Origin: an uncultured Puia sp.
GTDB lineage: Bacteria; Bacteroidota; Bacteroidia; Chitinophagales; Chitinophagaceae
DNA length: 44,250 nucleotides
Direction: 5' to 3'
NCBI GenBank assembly: GCA_964658175.1
Contig: CAZZYD010000001.1
Span: 1 to 44,250, forward strand
A model generated the notes under the pieces. It was not told where the DNA came from. It did not search any database and worked only from the letters and a program-made list of their open reading frames with translations. Below, in pieces: positions 9,821 through 19,356 of the stretch (its first letter is position 1; the number at the start of each line of letters is the position of its first letter). The position numbers and the translations under genes were made by a program.

Positions 9821-10330
9821 AGTATATATTAATACATTACTTATTTAAATAAAACTATTATTACTATAGGCTGTATTTCGGGGAAAGAAAGTTTTCTCAG
9901 GTATTGTTTAATCCAATTCATTTAATTCTCCACCGCTTTCCACCGCTCATGCACATGCTGGAATCCAATACAGCAGGCTAAATTATCACAATTCACAGGA
10001 CTAACGAAAAACAGCAGTCTGCATAACTAATTCAGCACGTTTGAATAACAAAAAACTGGATAAAGAGTTGTTTGTACACGACGGTTGGAAACCTGATGGA
10101 CGATGGACAACTTGTGGGCAAATACTGCACAGAAATTCTGGAAGAGAAAGCAGGGTTGCGCACCACAAAACAGGGTTATGCAGATATGCCTGTGGGAAGC
10201 TGTTCCACCATTTTGAAAACGTTCCACGCGCGGATCATGCCGAATATCCCTCCGCATACATGTTTCTGCAATTAAGGCCCTGGAATCGCGGATGGGTAAC
10301 GATTTGCCTGTTTTGCACAATTTGTTCATA
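9821..10330. other. candidate replication origin (oriC)
   Basis: Largest non-coding gap in the window; very AT-rich 9821-9867 with TAN triplet repeats; about a dozen DnaA-box-like 9-mers (e.g. TTTTGCACA 10311, TCATGCACA 9947, TTATGCAGA 10176 and rc 10018, rc TTATTCAAA 10040); about 1 kb from mnmG. Confidence 0.6.
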
Positions 10331-10351
10331 TTCATTTTTCGACTATTTTTG
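10321..10351 (+). promoter_or_regulatory. canonical Bacteroidota sigma-A promoter for the PPIase gene
   Basis: TTTG (10321-10324), 19-nt spacer, TATTTTTG (10344-10351). Confidence 0.75.
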
Positions 10352-10381
10352 CCATCCTCTTAAAAACGCTACAATATATAT

Positions 10382-12526
10382 ATGTCTATCATTCAAACAA
10401 TCAGGGACAGGGCAGCATGGTTGGTTTTCGGATTAATAGCAGTCAGTCTGATTGCGTTTGTACTCATGGACGGACTGGGTGGCAAAGGCCGCGGTGGCGG
10501 AGACAATGCCGGTCCGATCGGTGTGGTGAACGGCCAAAAACTGGATTATATCGCTTTTCAGAAGGATGTTGCCTCCCGGGAGGAACAATATAAAAGCCAG
10601 GGCTATCCGGTGAATGATATGATGCAGCAGAATATCCGTGAGCAGGTATGGAATCAGTTTGAAGAAGATGCCGTTTTAACAGACGTATATAAAGAAAGTG
10701 GCATTTCGGTCAGCGAAAAGGAACTGAATGATATGCTGGTGGGGCTGGATCCGATTCCGGACATCCGCAAATCCTTCACCGATCCGAAAACAGGGATGTT
10801 TGATGCCCAGCAGGCAGCTGCTGCGGTAAATCAGTTTAGGACGATCTATTCCACCAAAAAGAAAAATGATCCCAACTACGAGCGCGCCAGAAACTTTTTT
10901 GAAGAAGGCATTCCCCAGATCATCAAAGGCCGCGAACGCGAAAAATACATCTCCCTGCTCTCCAACAGCGTGTATATCCCGAAATGGATGGCAGAAAAAC
11001 TGAATTCAGACCGTTCCCAGGTGGCTACGATCTCCTTTGTAAATCTGCCTTACCAGACGATCAAGGACAGCTCCATCACGGTTTCCGACGCGGAAATTGA
11101 AAAATACCTGGATAGTCACAAAGACCTGTATGAACAGCCTGAATCCAGAAGCATCAGTTTTGTCTCATTCAATGCGGCCGCCAATGCCGGTGACAGCGCC
11201 ACCCTGGTTCAGCAGGTGGCAGGATTGAAAAATGAATTTGCCACCACAAAAGATATTGATGGTTTTCTTGCCCGCAACGGTACCGAAACGGGCTATGAAG
11301 ATGCTTATGTGCTGAAATCAAAACTTACCGGAGCCCGGAAAGACAGCCTGATCGCGGCGCCGAAAGATGCCGTGGTGGGACCTTACCTCGATGGATCGGA
11401 TTATGTACTGGCCAGACTGATAGACAGCAAGACCATGCCGGATTCTGTAAGGGCAAGGCATATCCTGGTGGCGATGATAGACCAGAAAACGCGTCAGCCG
11501 ATTATGGAAGACAGCACCGGGAAAAACAAAATTGACAGCATCAAATCACTGATTGATCACGGCCAGTCATTCGACAGCGTGGCGGCGCATCTTTCCGACG
11601 ACCAGGGAACCCGCGCCAAAGGCGGCGATCTCGGATATTTTCCCCAGGGTCAAATGGTGAAGGAATTCAATGATTTCAGCTTTAGCGGCAAAACAGGAGA
11701 TAAGAAAATTGTAAGGACGCAATTCGGCTACCATTACATTGAAATTATGGACCAGAAAGGATTTGAGCCGGCTTACAAAATTGCCTATCTGTCCAAAAAA
11801 ATTGAGCCCAGCACGGAAACGGATGCTACCGCGTCCGGTGCCGCCAGTCAGTTTGCCGGTGAAAGCCGCAACCAGGCTGCTTTTGACGCCAATAGCCAGA
11901 AAGGCAACCTGAAAAGACAATTCGCCAAGGATATTCTTCCAGCAGACTTCTCCATCCAGGGCATTGGTTCCAACCGGTCGCTGGTAAAATGGATTTACGA
12001 TTCAAAGCTGGGAGAAGTATCCGAATCCTTCCCGGTCGGCGATAAATATATCGTGGCCCTTGTTACGGAAATCAATACAAAGGGGACGATGTCGGTGGCC
12101 AAAGCCCGCGCATCCATCGAGCCGATTCTGCGGAATCAGAAAAAAGCCGAGATCCTCGCAAAAAAAATCAGCACGGCGATCAGCCTGGAAACGGTGGCTT
12201 CCCTGTCCGGACAAACCGTTTATACAGGTGACACCGTCAGCTTTGCCTCTCCTTACATTCCTAATATCGGCGCTGAACCGAAAGTAATTGGCGCAGCATT
12301 CGATAAAAGCCTGGTAGGCAAACCGGTTTCCGCACCCATCCCCGGAAATGGGGGCGTCTTCGTGATCAAAGTAGAAACCGTCAGCGCCAAAGCCAGTCTG
12401 GATGGCGGCGTGGATCAGTTCCGTCAAAACCAGGTCCAGATGCAGGAGTCAATGATTCAGCGGGGGGCACTGGAGTCGCTGAAAAAACTCGCCAATATTA
12501 AAGACAACAGAAGCAAACTTTTATAA
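10382..12526 (+). CDS. membrane-anchored parvulin-type peptidyl-prolyl isomerase (PpiD-like, SurA N-terminal domain)
   Basis: N-terminal TM segment; VRARHILVA, SDDQGTRAKGGDLG, MVKEF and TQFGYHYI rotamase motifs. Confidence 0.9.
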   Translation: MSIIQTIRDRAAWLVFGLIAVSLIAFVLMDGLGGKGRGGGDNAGPIGVVNGQKLDYIAFQKDVASREEQYKSQGYPVNDMMQQNIREQVWNQFEEDAVLTDVYKESGISVSEKELNDMLVGLDPIPDIRKSFTDPKTGMFDAQQAAAAVNQFRTIYSTKKKNDPNYERARNFFEEGIPQIIKGREREKYISLLSNSVYIPKWMAEKLNSDRSQVATISFVNLPYQTIKDSSITVSDAEIEKYLDSHKDLYEQPESRSISFVSFNAAANAGDSATLVQQVAGLKNEFATTKDIDGFLARNGTETGYEDAYVLKSKLTGARKDSLIAAPKDAVVGPYLDGSDYVLARLIDSKTMPDSVRARHILVAMIDQKTRQPIMEDSTGKNKIDSIKSLIDHGQSFDSVAAHLSDDQGTRAKGGDLGYFPQGQMVKEFNDFSFSGKTGDKKIVRTQFGYHYIEIMDQKGFEPAYKIAYLSKKIEPSTETDATASGAASQFAGESRNQAAFDANSQKGNLKRQFAKDILPADFSIQGIGSNRSLVKWIYDSKLGEVSESFPVGDKYIVALVTEINTKGTMSVAKARASIEPILRNQKKAEILAKKISTAISLETVASLSGQTVYTGDTVSFASPYIPNIGAEPKVIGAAFDKSLVGKPVSAPIPGNGGVFVIKVETVSAKASLDGGVDQFRQNQVQMQESMIQRGALESLKKLANIKDNRSKLL

Positions 12527-12544
12527 AGAGACCGATCTGAAATC

Positions 12545-12572
12545 AATCCCGCCACCTGGCGGGATTTTTTTT
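12545..12572 (+). terminator. rho-independent terminator
   Basis: AATCCCGCCA-CC-TGGCGGGATT followed by a T run, just downstream of the PPIase stop. Confidence 0.9.
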
Positions 12573-12639
12573 GCCCGGCCGTCAGCGGCACCATGCCCCT
12601 GAGAGACGGAAAAAGAATATCTTTGCAGACAGCATCAGT

Positions 12640-13146
12640 ATGGAACAGGAAATCATAAATAAGGTTGCGCAAAGCGCATTGCAGACCATCGATCTGGAGG
12701 ATTATTTTCCGGCACAGGAAATTAAAATTTTCGATCTGAAACCATTTTTATTCATGGAACTGATCCTGAAAGAAAAGGATTTCAGGGCCGCGCTTCAATC
12801 GACGGACTGGTCTTCCTATCAGGATCAGATCGTCGGCGTTACCTGCTCGGCAGACGCGGTTATTCCCGTATGGGCCTACATGCTGGTGGCAACCTATCTT
12901 CAGCCCCTGGCCAAAGATATACGGATGGGAACCCTGGAAGAGCTGCAAAAACAATTGCTGCTTGAAAATCTTCAAAAGGAGCATTTTGAAACTTTCCGCG
13001 ACCAGCGGGTGGTGGTGAAAGGATGCGGTGACAAGAATATAGGTCCTTATGCCTACCTGGAAATTACAAAACTGCTTCGCCCCTTCGTAAAAAGCATCAT
13101 GTATGGCGAACCGTGCAGCACGGTGCCGGTTTACAAAAACAAATAG
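12640..13146 (+). CDS. DUF2480 family protein
   Basis: Start moved to ATG 12640 (MEQEIINKVAQS); LKEKDFR, CSADAVIPVWAYML and SIMYGEPCSTVPVYK motifs; TATCTTTG promoter element at 12618-12625. Confidence 0.85.
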   Translation: MEQEIINKVAQSALQTIDLEDYFPAQEIKIFDLKPFLFMELILKEKDFRAALQSTDWSSYQDQIVGVTCSADAVIPVWAYMLVATYLQPLAKDIRMGTLEELQKQLLLENLQKEHFETFRDQRVVVKGCGDKNIGPYAYLEITKLLRPFVKSIMYGEPCSTVPVYKNK

Positions 13147-13155
13147 CGCCGTAAA

Positions 13156-14523
13156 TTATAACAGGGTTCCCTTCATAATAATTACCGCCACGGTAAAGTA
13201 GATAATCAGCCCCGTTACATCTACGAGAGTAGCAACAAAAGGAGCCGAAGAGGCCGCCGGATCGGCGCCGAGTTTCTTCAGGAAGATGGGGAGCATCGAA
13301 CCCGATATCGTTCCCCACAATACAACGCCCAGCAAAGAAAAGGCAACGGTAAGCGCTACCAGGAACCAGTAAGGTCCGTAATCGTAAAAATGAAAATGCT
13401 GCCAGATGAAGATGCGCAGGAAGCCGACGACGCCGAGCGTGGCACCGAGCGCCAGGCCGGAAATAATTTCTTTGCGCATGACGAACCACCAGTCCTTGAA
13501 TTTGATTTCGCCGACGGCCATCGCGCGGATAATAATGGATGAAGCCTGAGACCCGGAGTTTCCACCGCTGGAGATGATCAGCGGGATAAAAAGAGCCAGC
13601 ACGACGGCCTTGCTGATCTCTCCTTCAAAAAAGCCCATAGCCGTTGCCGTGAGCATTTCTCCCAGGAAAAGGATCACCAGCCAGCCGGCGCGTTTTTTTA
13701 TCAGTCTGCCAAAACTGATGGTGGTGTACGGTTCATCCAATGCTTCAGAACCCCCTATTTTCTGGATTTCCCGCGTATTTTCCTTTTCCGACAAACGGAG
13801 CACATCATCCAGGGTCACGATACCGAGCAGGATACCGGTTTCATTGATTACCGGCAGGGCAAAGCGGCTGTTGTTGCGAAAAAGTCCGATCACTTCGTTT
13901 TGCGCGTCGTTGGCATGGATCGCGATAAACTGGTGATCCATCAGTTTCTCCACCGGGGTGGAAGGATCTACAATTAAAAATTCTTTGATATTGATGTCAT
14001 CAATCAGGATGCCGTTGTCGTCGACGACAAAGAGAAAATTCAGCGTTTCGGTCGCCTGTCCCCGCAGTTTGACGATGTCCAGGACTTCTTTGACCGTATT
14101 CGAGCTCCGGATGTTTACATAATCCGGCGTCATTAACCGGCCAACAGAATCTTCCGGATAGCCGAGCAGCTTGAGCGTCTCTGCCCGGTTTTCCGGGCTA
14201 AGGATTTTGATCAGTTCGGTTACCGCGCTGCCGGGAAGCATACTCAGGAAGGCTGTTCTGTCATCCGGCTCCAGCTCATTGAGCAGTTCGGCCGCTTTTT
14301 CGTCGGGGAGCGATTTGATGATCAACTCCTGTTTTTTTCTGCGGATAAACTTAAAGGCCCGCGCCGCATGTTTGATGTCGAGGTGCTGGAAAAGTTTACC
14401 CGCCCAGTTGGTATATCGGTTGGTAAACTCCGTAATCTCTTTCGAACTGAGTTTATTCAGTTTGACAGATTCGATGATCTTGTTATTCTGTAACAGATTT
14501 TTGATATCGTTCAAATTCAGCAT
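13156..14523 (-). CDS. mgtE: magnesium transporter MgtE
   Basis: YPEDSVGRLMTPDY, CBS pair, SGGNSGSQAS and DPAASSAPFVATLVDVTG; TACATTTG promoter element at 14544-14551 (minus). Confidence 0.95.
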   Translation of the reverse strand: MLNLNDIKNLLQNNKIIESVKLNKLSSKEITEFTNRYTNWAGKLFQHLDIKHAARAFKFIRRKKQELIIKSLPDEKAAELLNELEPDDRTAFLSMLPGSAVTELIKILSPENRAETLKLLGYPEDSVGRLMTPDYVNIRSSNTVKEVLDIVKLRGQATETLNFLFVVDDNGILIDDINIKEFLIVDPSTPVEKLMDHQFIAIHANDAQNEVIGLFRNNSRFALPVINETGILLGIVTLDDVLRLSEKENTREIQKIGGSEALDEPYTTISFGRLIKKRAGWLVILFLGEMLTATAMGFFEGEISKAVVLALFIPLIISSGGNSGSQASSIIIRAMAVGEIKFKDWWFVMRKEIISGLALGATLGVVGFLRIFIWQHFHFYDYGPYWFLVALTVAFSLLGVVLWGTISGSMLPIFLKKLGADPAASSAPFVATLVDVTGLIIYFTVAVIIMKGTLL

Positions 14524-14540
14524 AGCTCGGAGTTTCTGGA

Positions 14541-15401
14541 TTACAAATGTAAGGATGCGATGAAAGCGCGGAAGCGGATGGCAGATTTCATAATAAAAAT
14601 ATATAACCCGCTGCCGGGTCCCGACTTGTATTTTTCGACGAACTGAATCATAGCCTGGTAAAACAAATCCAGGTGAACCCGGTCCCTGGGGGTGCTTTGT
14701 CCTTTTAGATGCGTTATGCTTGCTTCCGCCAGGTAATAATTCTGGTATCCTGCCAGGGTGATGCGGTAGCTTAAGTCGATGTCTTCGGCATACATGAAGA
14801 AACGTTCATCAAATCCTCCGGTTTTATCCAGCGTCTCCTTGCGCACCAGCATGAACGCGCCGGAAAGGATTTCCACGGGGTGATTTTCTGATTCACTCAA
14901 ATGGCCCAGATAGTACCGGGCAAAAATCCGTGAGCCGGGAAACAGGGCGGCAATGCCCGACAGTTTAAAAAAAGAAGTCATGGTAGAAGGATATCCCCGC
15001 TTGGATTCTTTCAGGAACAGCCCCTGGCCGTCCAGCATCCGTACCCCCAGGGCGCCGGCATCTGCATGGGTATCCATAAATGCGATGCATCGCGTTAAAC
15101 AATCCGGAGAGATCAGGGTATCGGGATTGAGGAACAGTACGTATTTGCCCGAAATCAGTGGAATGGCCTGGTTGTTGGCCTTCCCGAATCCGACGTTGTG
15201 GGCATTCCAGATGAAATGAACGCCGGGGAACGCCGTGGGGAGTTCTTCGCGGCTGCCATCGGTAGATGCATTGTCCACTACAAAAATCTCTGCTGCGGCG
15301 GGCAATGAAGGATCCTGTCCGATCGCGTTGTATACGGATTCAAGGCACTGTGCCAGCAACTGCCGCACATTATAGTTGACGATTATGATCGATAGAACCA
15401 C
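14541..15401 (-). CDS. glycosyltransferase family 2 (start at GTG 15401 preferred; ORF extends to 15467)
   Basis: LSIIIVNYN, VVDNASTDGS, NVGFGKANN, FLNPD, LSGAFM and FDERFFMYAEDIDL motifs. Confidence 0.9.
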   Translation of the reverse strand: MVLSIIIVNYNVRQLLAQCLESVYNAIGQDPSLPAAAEIFVVDNASTDGSREELPTAFPGVHFIWNAHNVGFGKANNQAIPLISGKYVLFLNPDTLISPDCLTRCIAFMDTHADAGALGVRMLDGQGLFLKESKRGYPSTMTSFFKLSGIAALFPGSRIFARYYLGHLSESENHPVEILSGAFMLVRKETLDKTGGFDERFFMYAEDIDLSYRITLAGYQNYYLAEASITHLKGQSTPRDRVHLDLFYQAMIQFVEKYKSGPGSGLYIFIMKSAIRFRAFIASLHL

Positions 15402-15505
15402 CTCTGAAAAACGTTGTTGCGAAGTACGATTTTTTGGCTTGTCCAGCAAAATGAAATCATCTGCCACGTAAACCGCACCTGCAACCGCTTTCCTATCTTT
15501 GCGGC

Positions 15506-16279
15506 ATGTTAAAATCGACCCTGATCAAATCCGTGGAGGCAGCCGGGAAAATTCTGCTGAACTACTATGGAAGCGATTTTAAGATATCCAATAAAGAAGG
15601 GGTAAACAACCTCGTCACGGAGGCAGATCACGCGGCTGAAAAGGCGATCATGGATATGATCCGCCTGGATTACCCCGACCATTATATCTTCAGCGAAGAA
15701 AGCGGGGATATCCCCACGGAATCCTCCTACAAATGGATCATCGACCCGCTGGATGGTACGGTGAATTTCGCCCACGGGATTCCGCTTTGCTGCGTGTCGG
15801 TGGCACTCGAGCAGGATGGACAGATGATCATGGGAGCCGTATACAATCCCTTTTTCAATGAATTCTACTTTGCTCAGAAAGGATTCGGCGCAACACTCAA
15901 CGACAAGAAAATACATGTGAGCAAAGAGACCGAAGTGCTGAAAGCTGCGCTTGTTACCGGGTTTCCTTATGCATACAACGAAGTGCCCAACGGACCACTG
16001 GACGTTTTTGCGAGAATGATCCGCAAAGGTGTGCCGGTGAGAAGGCTCGGATCGGCCGCCATGGACCTATGCTGGGTGGCGGCCGGCCGTTTTGAGGGAT
16101 TCTATGAACACCAGCTGCAGGCCTGGGATTCCGCCGCAGGATTTCTCATCGTGGAAGAGGCCGGCGGTCGCGTATCGGATTTCACCGGCGCGCGCTATTC
16201 GCCTTACCAGCCCAGTATCGTGGCGACAAACGGGCTCATCCATGACGAACTCCTGGAATGGATCGCCGGGACGAAGTAA
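15506..16279 (+). CDS. suhB: inositol monophosphatase family protein (SuhB-like)
   Basis: VTEAD, SEE, WIIDPLDGTVNF, RRLGSAA and WDSAAG motifs; TATCTTTG 4 nt upstream of the ATG. Confidence 0.9.
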   Translation: MLKSTLIKSVEAAGKILLNYYGSDFKISNKEGVNNLVTEADHAAEKAIMDMIRLDYPDHYIFSEESGDIPTESSYKWIIDPLDGTVNFAHGIPLCCVSVALEQDGQMIMGAVYNPFFNEFYFAQKGFGATLNDKKIHVSKETEVLKAALVTGFPYAYNEVPNGPLDVFARMIRKGVPVRRLGSAAMDLCWVAAGRFEGFYEHQLQAWDSAAGFLIVEEAGGRVSDFTGARYSPYQPSIVATNGLIHDELLEWIAGTK

Positions 16280-16310
16280 GCAAATCGTATCAATAAAAAC
16301 CGCACGCACC

Positions 16311-17342
16311 ATGGAAGCAAGAACAGAAATCGCAGAACTCGGCGAATTCGGATTGATCGACCACCTGACAAAAAATATTGAATTGAAAAACGCTTCATCC
16401 ATTCTGGGCGTTGGTGATGACGGCGCGGTGATCGATCATTTCGGAAAACAAACCGTTATCAGCACGGACCTCCTCATCGAAAATATTCATTTCGATCTTA
16501 TTTATACGCCCCTTCGTCATCTCGGCTATAAATGTGTGATCGTAAACATCAGCGATATCTACGCGATGAATGCCACGCCGACCCAGATCACACTCTCCGT
16601 CGCTTTCAGCAACCGGTTCAGTCTGGAGGCGCTCGATGAATTTTATGAAGGCGTTTATGCTGCCTGTGAAAAATATGGCGTGGACCTGATTGGCGGCGAC
16701 ACCTCATCCTCGCAAAAAGGCTTTATTATTTCGGTTACGGCCATCGGCGAAGTCTCGCCCGATAAGTTCGTTCAGCGCAGTACGGCCAAAGCAGGCGACC
16801 TGATTTGTTGCAGCGGTGATCTCGGCGGTGCATACCTCGGCCTGGTGTTCCTGGAAAGAGAGAAAAAAATATTCCTGGAAAATCCACAGGTGAAACCGGA
16901 TCTGGAAGGAGAGAAATATGTGATCGGCCGCATTCTGAAACCGGAGGCATCCAAAAGCACCATCGATTTTTTCGAGTCGGAAGGAATTGTGCCTACGGCG
17001 ATGATGGACATCAGCGACGGCCTGAGCTCTGAAATCCTCCATATCTGCAAGCAAAGCAGTCTCGGCTGCCGGATCTATGAGGATAAACTGCCCATTTCGG
17101 ACGATACCAGAAATGCCGCCTACAAGTTCGAACTGGACCCCACCGCCTGTGCACTGAGTGGCGGGGAAGACTATGAGCTCCTCTTTACGATCGCGCAGGC
17201 GGATCATGACAAACTGGTGCTCAATGAAAAGATCAGCGTGATCGGTTACATGACCGAACCCGCGGAAGGGAGCAAGATCATCACCAAAGGCGGGAACACC
17301 TTTGATATCACCGCACAGGGTTGGAATGCATTTACAAAATGA
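16311..17342 (+). CDS. thiL: thiamine-monophosphate kinase
   Basis: Start at ATG 16311; GEFGLID, GVGDDGAV, NISDIYAMN, GGDT, DISDGL and GGEDYELLFT motifs. Confidence 0.95.
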   Translation: MEARTEIAELGEFGLIDHLTKNIELKNASSILGVGDDGAVIDHFGKQTVISTDLLIENIHFDLIYTPLRHLGYKCVIVNISDIYAMNATPTQITLSVAFSNRFSLEALDEFYEGVYAACEKYGVDLIGGDTSSSQKGFIISVTAIGEVSPDKFVQRSTAKAGDLICCSGDLGGAYLGLVFLEREKKIFLENPQVKPDLEGEKYVIGRILKPEASKSTIDFFESEGIVPTAMMDISDGLSSEILHICKQSSLGCRIYEDKLPISDDTRNAAYKFELDPTACALSGGEDYELLFTIAQADHDKLVLNEKISVIGYMTEPAEGSKIITKGGNTFDITAQGWNAFTK

Positions 17343-17360
17343 TTAATTTCAGTCCCTCTT

Positions 17361-18845
17361 ATGAAAACCATTGCTTCCCTCTCTCCGGCTGTATTGGTGC
17401 TGCTCACCGCCCTCCTGCTGAACGGGTGCAAAAGCAGTTCGGGCATTTATAATCCACAGCAAAAATTTGCGCCGGCAGCCCTTCAGAAAGATTATACGTT
17501 GTTCCGGAATATTCTGCAAACTTCACATCCCAGCCTGTACTGGTATACGCCGAAAGACAGCATGAATTATTATTTCGACCAGGGTTACCAGTCGATCCGG
17601 GATTCGATGACAGAAACGAAATTCCGGATGCTGCTCAGTTATGTCGTTGCAAAAATCGACTGCGGACATACGAGCATCCGTCCATCCAAAGCCTTCGAAA
17701 AATATATCGACACGGCAAAACGGACGGCCTTCCCGTTCGCGATCAAAACATGGTCCGATACCATGGTGGTCACGGCAAATCTGCAGCGCGAACATCCGGC
17801 CCTACCCCGCGGAACCATTTTAAAAAGTATCAACGGATATTCTGTTACCCAGTTGCGCGATACATTTTTTGATTATGTAACCACGGATGGTTATAGTATC
17901 TGCGGTAAGTATCAAACCCTGAGTACGGGATTTACTTTTGGAGGCATGTTCCGGAATATCTACGGACTCACCGACAGTTTTGATATTCGCTATATCGACA
18001 GCAGCGGACTGGACGCAGAAAAGGAAATCCCGGTGTTTAATTTTGTGCCGGACTCTTCCAATAAAAAGGTAAAGAAGGAACCGCGGCTCGTCATCTTTTC
18101 TTCAGCCAACCTGCAACTCGATACCACCATGCGCACTGCATTCATGACGCTGAACACTTTTGACCGCAGCAACCACCTGCGTAAATTTTTTCGCCAGTCA
18201 TTTGCCAGCCTCCAGCAATACCATATCGGCAACCTCATCCTCGATCTGCGCGCCAACGGCGGAGGCGATGCCGGTATTTCAACGCTGCTGACAAAATATG
18301 TCGTCGATAAAAAATTTAAGATCGCCGACTCGCTGTATACCGTCAGCCGCCTGGGAAAATACCACCGCTATATAAAAAAGAGTTTCCTGTACCGCATGCA
18401 GCTGGCTATCGCCACGCGAAAAAAACAGGATGGAAAATATCATTTCTCGTATTTCGAACGGCACTATTTTAAACCCAAGAAAAAAAATCATTACGACGGA
18501 CAGCTTTACCTGCTCGTTGGCGGGAACTCATTTTCTGCCACCACTCTTTTTGCCGGAGCGATCAAGGGACAGCCGAATGTGACGCTCGTAGGCGAAGAAA
18601 CCGGCGGCGGCTATTATGGAAATACGGCCTGGATCATCCCGGATGTGACGCTTCCCGTGACAAAGATCCAGTTTCGACTGCCCTTGTTCCGGATGGTGAT
18701 CGATAAGAACCGTCCGAAAGACGGCAGGGGCATTTTGCCGGATGTGGAAGCCTTGCCGACCACCGATGCGATCCGCCAGGGCATCGACTTCAAAGCCGAA
18801 AAAGTAAAATACCTGATCGAATCCCGCGCAGCCATGCACCAATAA
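17361..18845 (+). CDS. S41 family peptidase, predicted lipoprotein
   Basis: Lipobox-like LLNGC; HP.LY, CGHT, LILDLRANGGG, SFSATT, GEETGG and GILPDV motifs. Confidence 0.88.
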   Translation: MKTIASLSPAVLVLLTALLLNGCKSSSGIYNPQQKFAPAALQKDYTLFRNILQTSHPSLYWYTPKDSMNYYFDQGYQSIRDSMTETKFRMLLSYVVAKIDCGHTSIRPSKAFEKYIDTAKRTAFPFAIKTWSDTMVVTANLQREHPALPRGTILKSINGYSVTQLRDTFFDYVTTDGYSICGKYQTLSTGFTFGGMFRNIYGLTDSFDIRYIDSSGLDAEKEIPVFNFVPDSSNKKVKKEPRLVIFSSANLQLDTTMRTAFMTLNTFDRSNHLRKFFRQSFASLQQYHIGNLILDLRANGGGDAGISTLLTKYVVDKKFKIADSLYTVSRLGKYHRYIKKSFLYRMQLAIATRKKQDGKYHFSYFERHYFKPKKKNHYDGQLYLLVGGNSFSATTLFAGAIKGQPNVTLVGEETGGGYYGNTAWIIPDVTLPVTKIQFRLPLFRMVIDKNRPKDGRGILPDVEALPTTDAIRQGIDFKAEKVKYLIESRAAMHQ

Positions 18846-18852
18846 TTACTTT

Positions 18853-19356
18853 ATGCGAAATCTCTCCGTCATCGTCGGTTGTCTGCTGTTTTCCTGTATT
18901 GGAACAAAATCCTTTGCACAGGATTCCCTGGGGGAAGCCAGGCTCAAATCCCTGCGGGGGATTATTGCACCGTTTTCCACGATTGAAAAAAAAGACTCGG
19001 TCTTTCTCATCTGTTTCTGGTCGACTGAAAATGAACAGAGCGTCGATCAGCTGAATGCGATGAAGAGCATGGTGGCAAGACCTGATGCCCCGGCATTCTA
19101 TCGGTTTCTCGCCGTTTCCGTCGACGTGGGCAAATATGCCAACAAATTGCGGCCCATGGTAAACATGAACGAATGGACCTTCGAGGTATATGGAGACCTG
19201 TATGGAGATCTCCGGCGAAGTCTTCACTCAGAAAATCTTCCCCAGTCGTTCATATTGAAAAACGGGAAGATCCTATACCAGCAGACCGGATGGAACGCGG
19301 GTAGCGAAAAGTTTCTTTTTGAAAAACTCGAGGAAATCAGGAAACAAAAATCCTGA
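18853..19356 (+). CDS. TlpA/redoxin-fold exported protein lacking CxxC
   Basis: Signal peptide; LICFWSTENEQS replaces FWATWCxxC; AVSVD and the cis-Pro motif LPQSFIL..G.I are retained. Confidence 0.7.
   Translation: MRNLSVIVGCLLFSCIGTKSFAQDSLGEARLKSLRGIIAPFSTIEKKDSVFLICFWSTENEQSVDQLNAMKSMVARPDAPAFYRFLAVSVDVGKYANKLRPMVNMNEWTFEVYGDLYGDLRRSLHSENLPQSFILKNGKILYQQTGWNAGSEKFLFEKLEEIRKQKS

Noticed and set aside
9926-9955. TCCACCGCT direct repeats as a CRISPR or iteron array
   Set aside because: Only two near-exact 10-bp units with no spacers; treated as DnaA-box-like sites.
10027-10436. ORFs 10027-10335(-), 10041-10436(+) and 10072-10275(+) in the nadA-ppiD gap
   Set aside because: No recognisable motifs, they overlap one another, and one overlaps the ppiD promoter and start; the region is better explained as non-coding origin DNA.
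16092-16310. 73-aa N-terminal extension of ThiL in the ORF track
   Set aside because: It overlaps suhB from a TTG start; ThiL similarity begins at ATG 16311.
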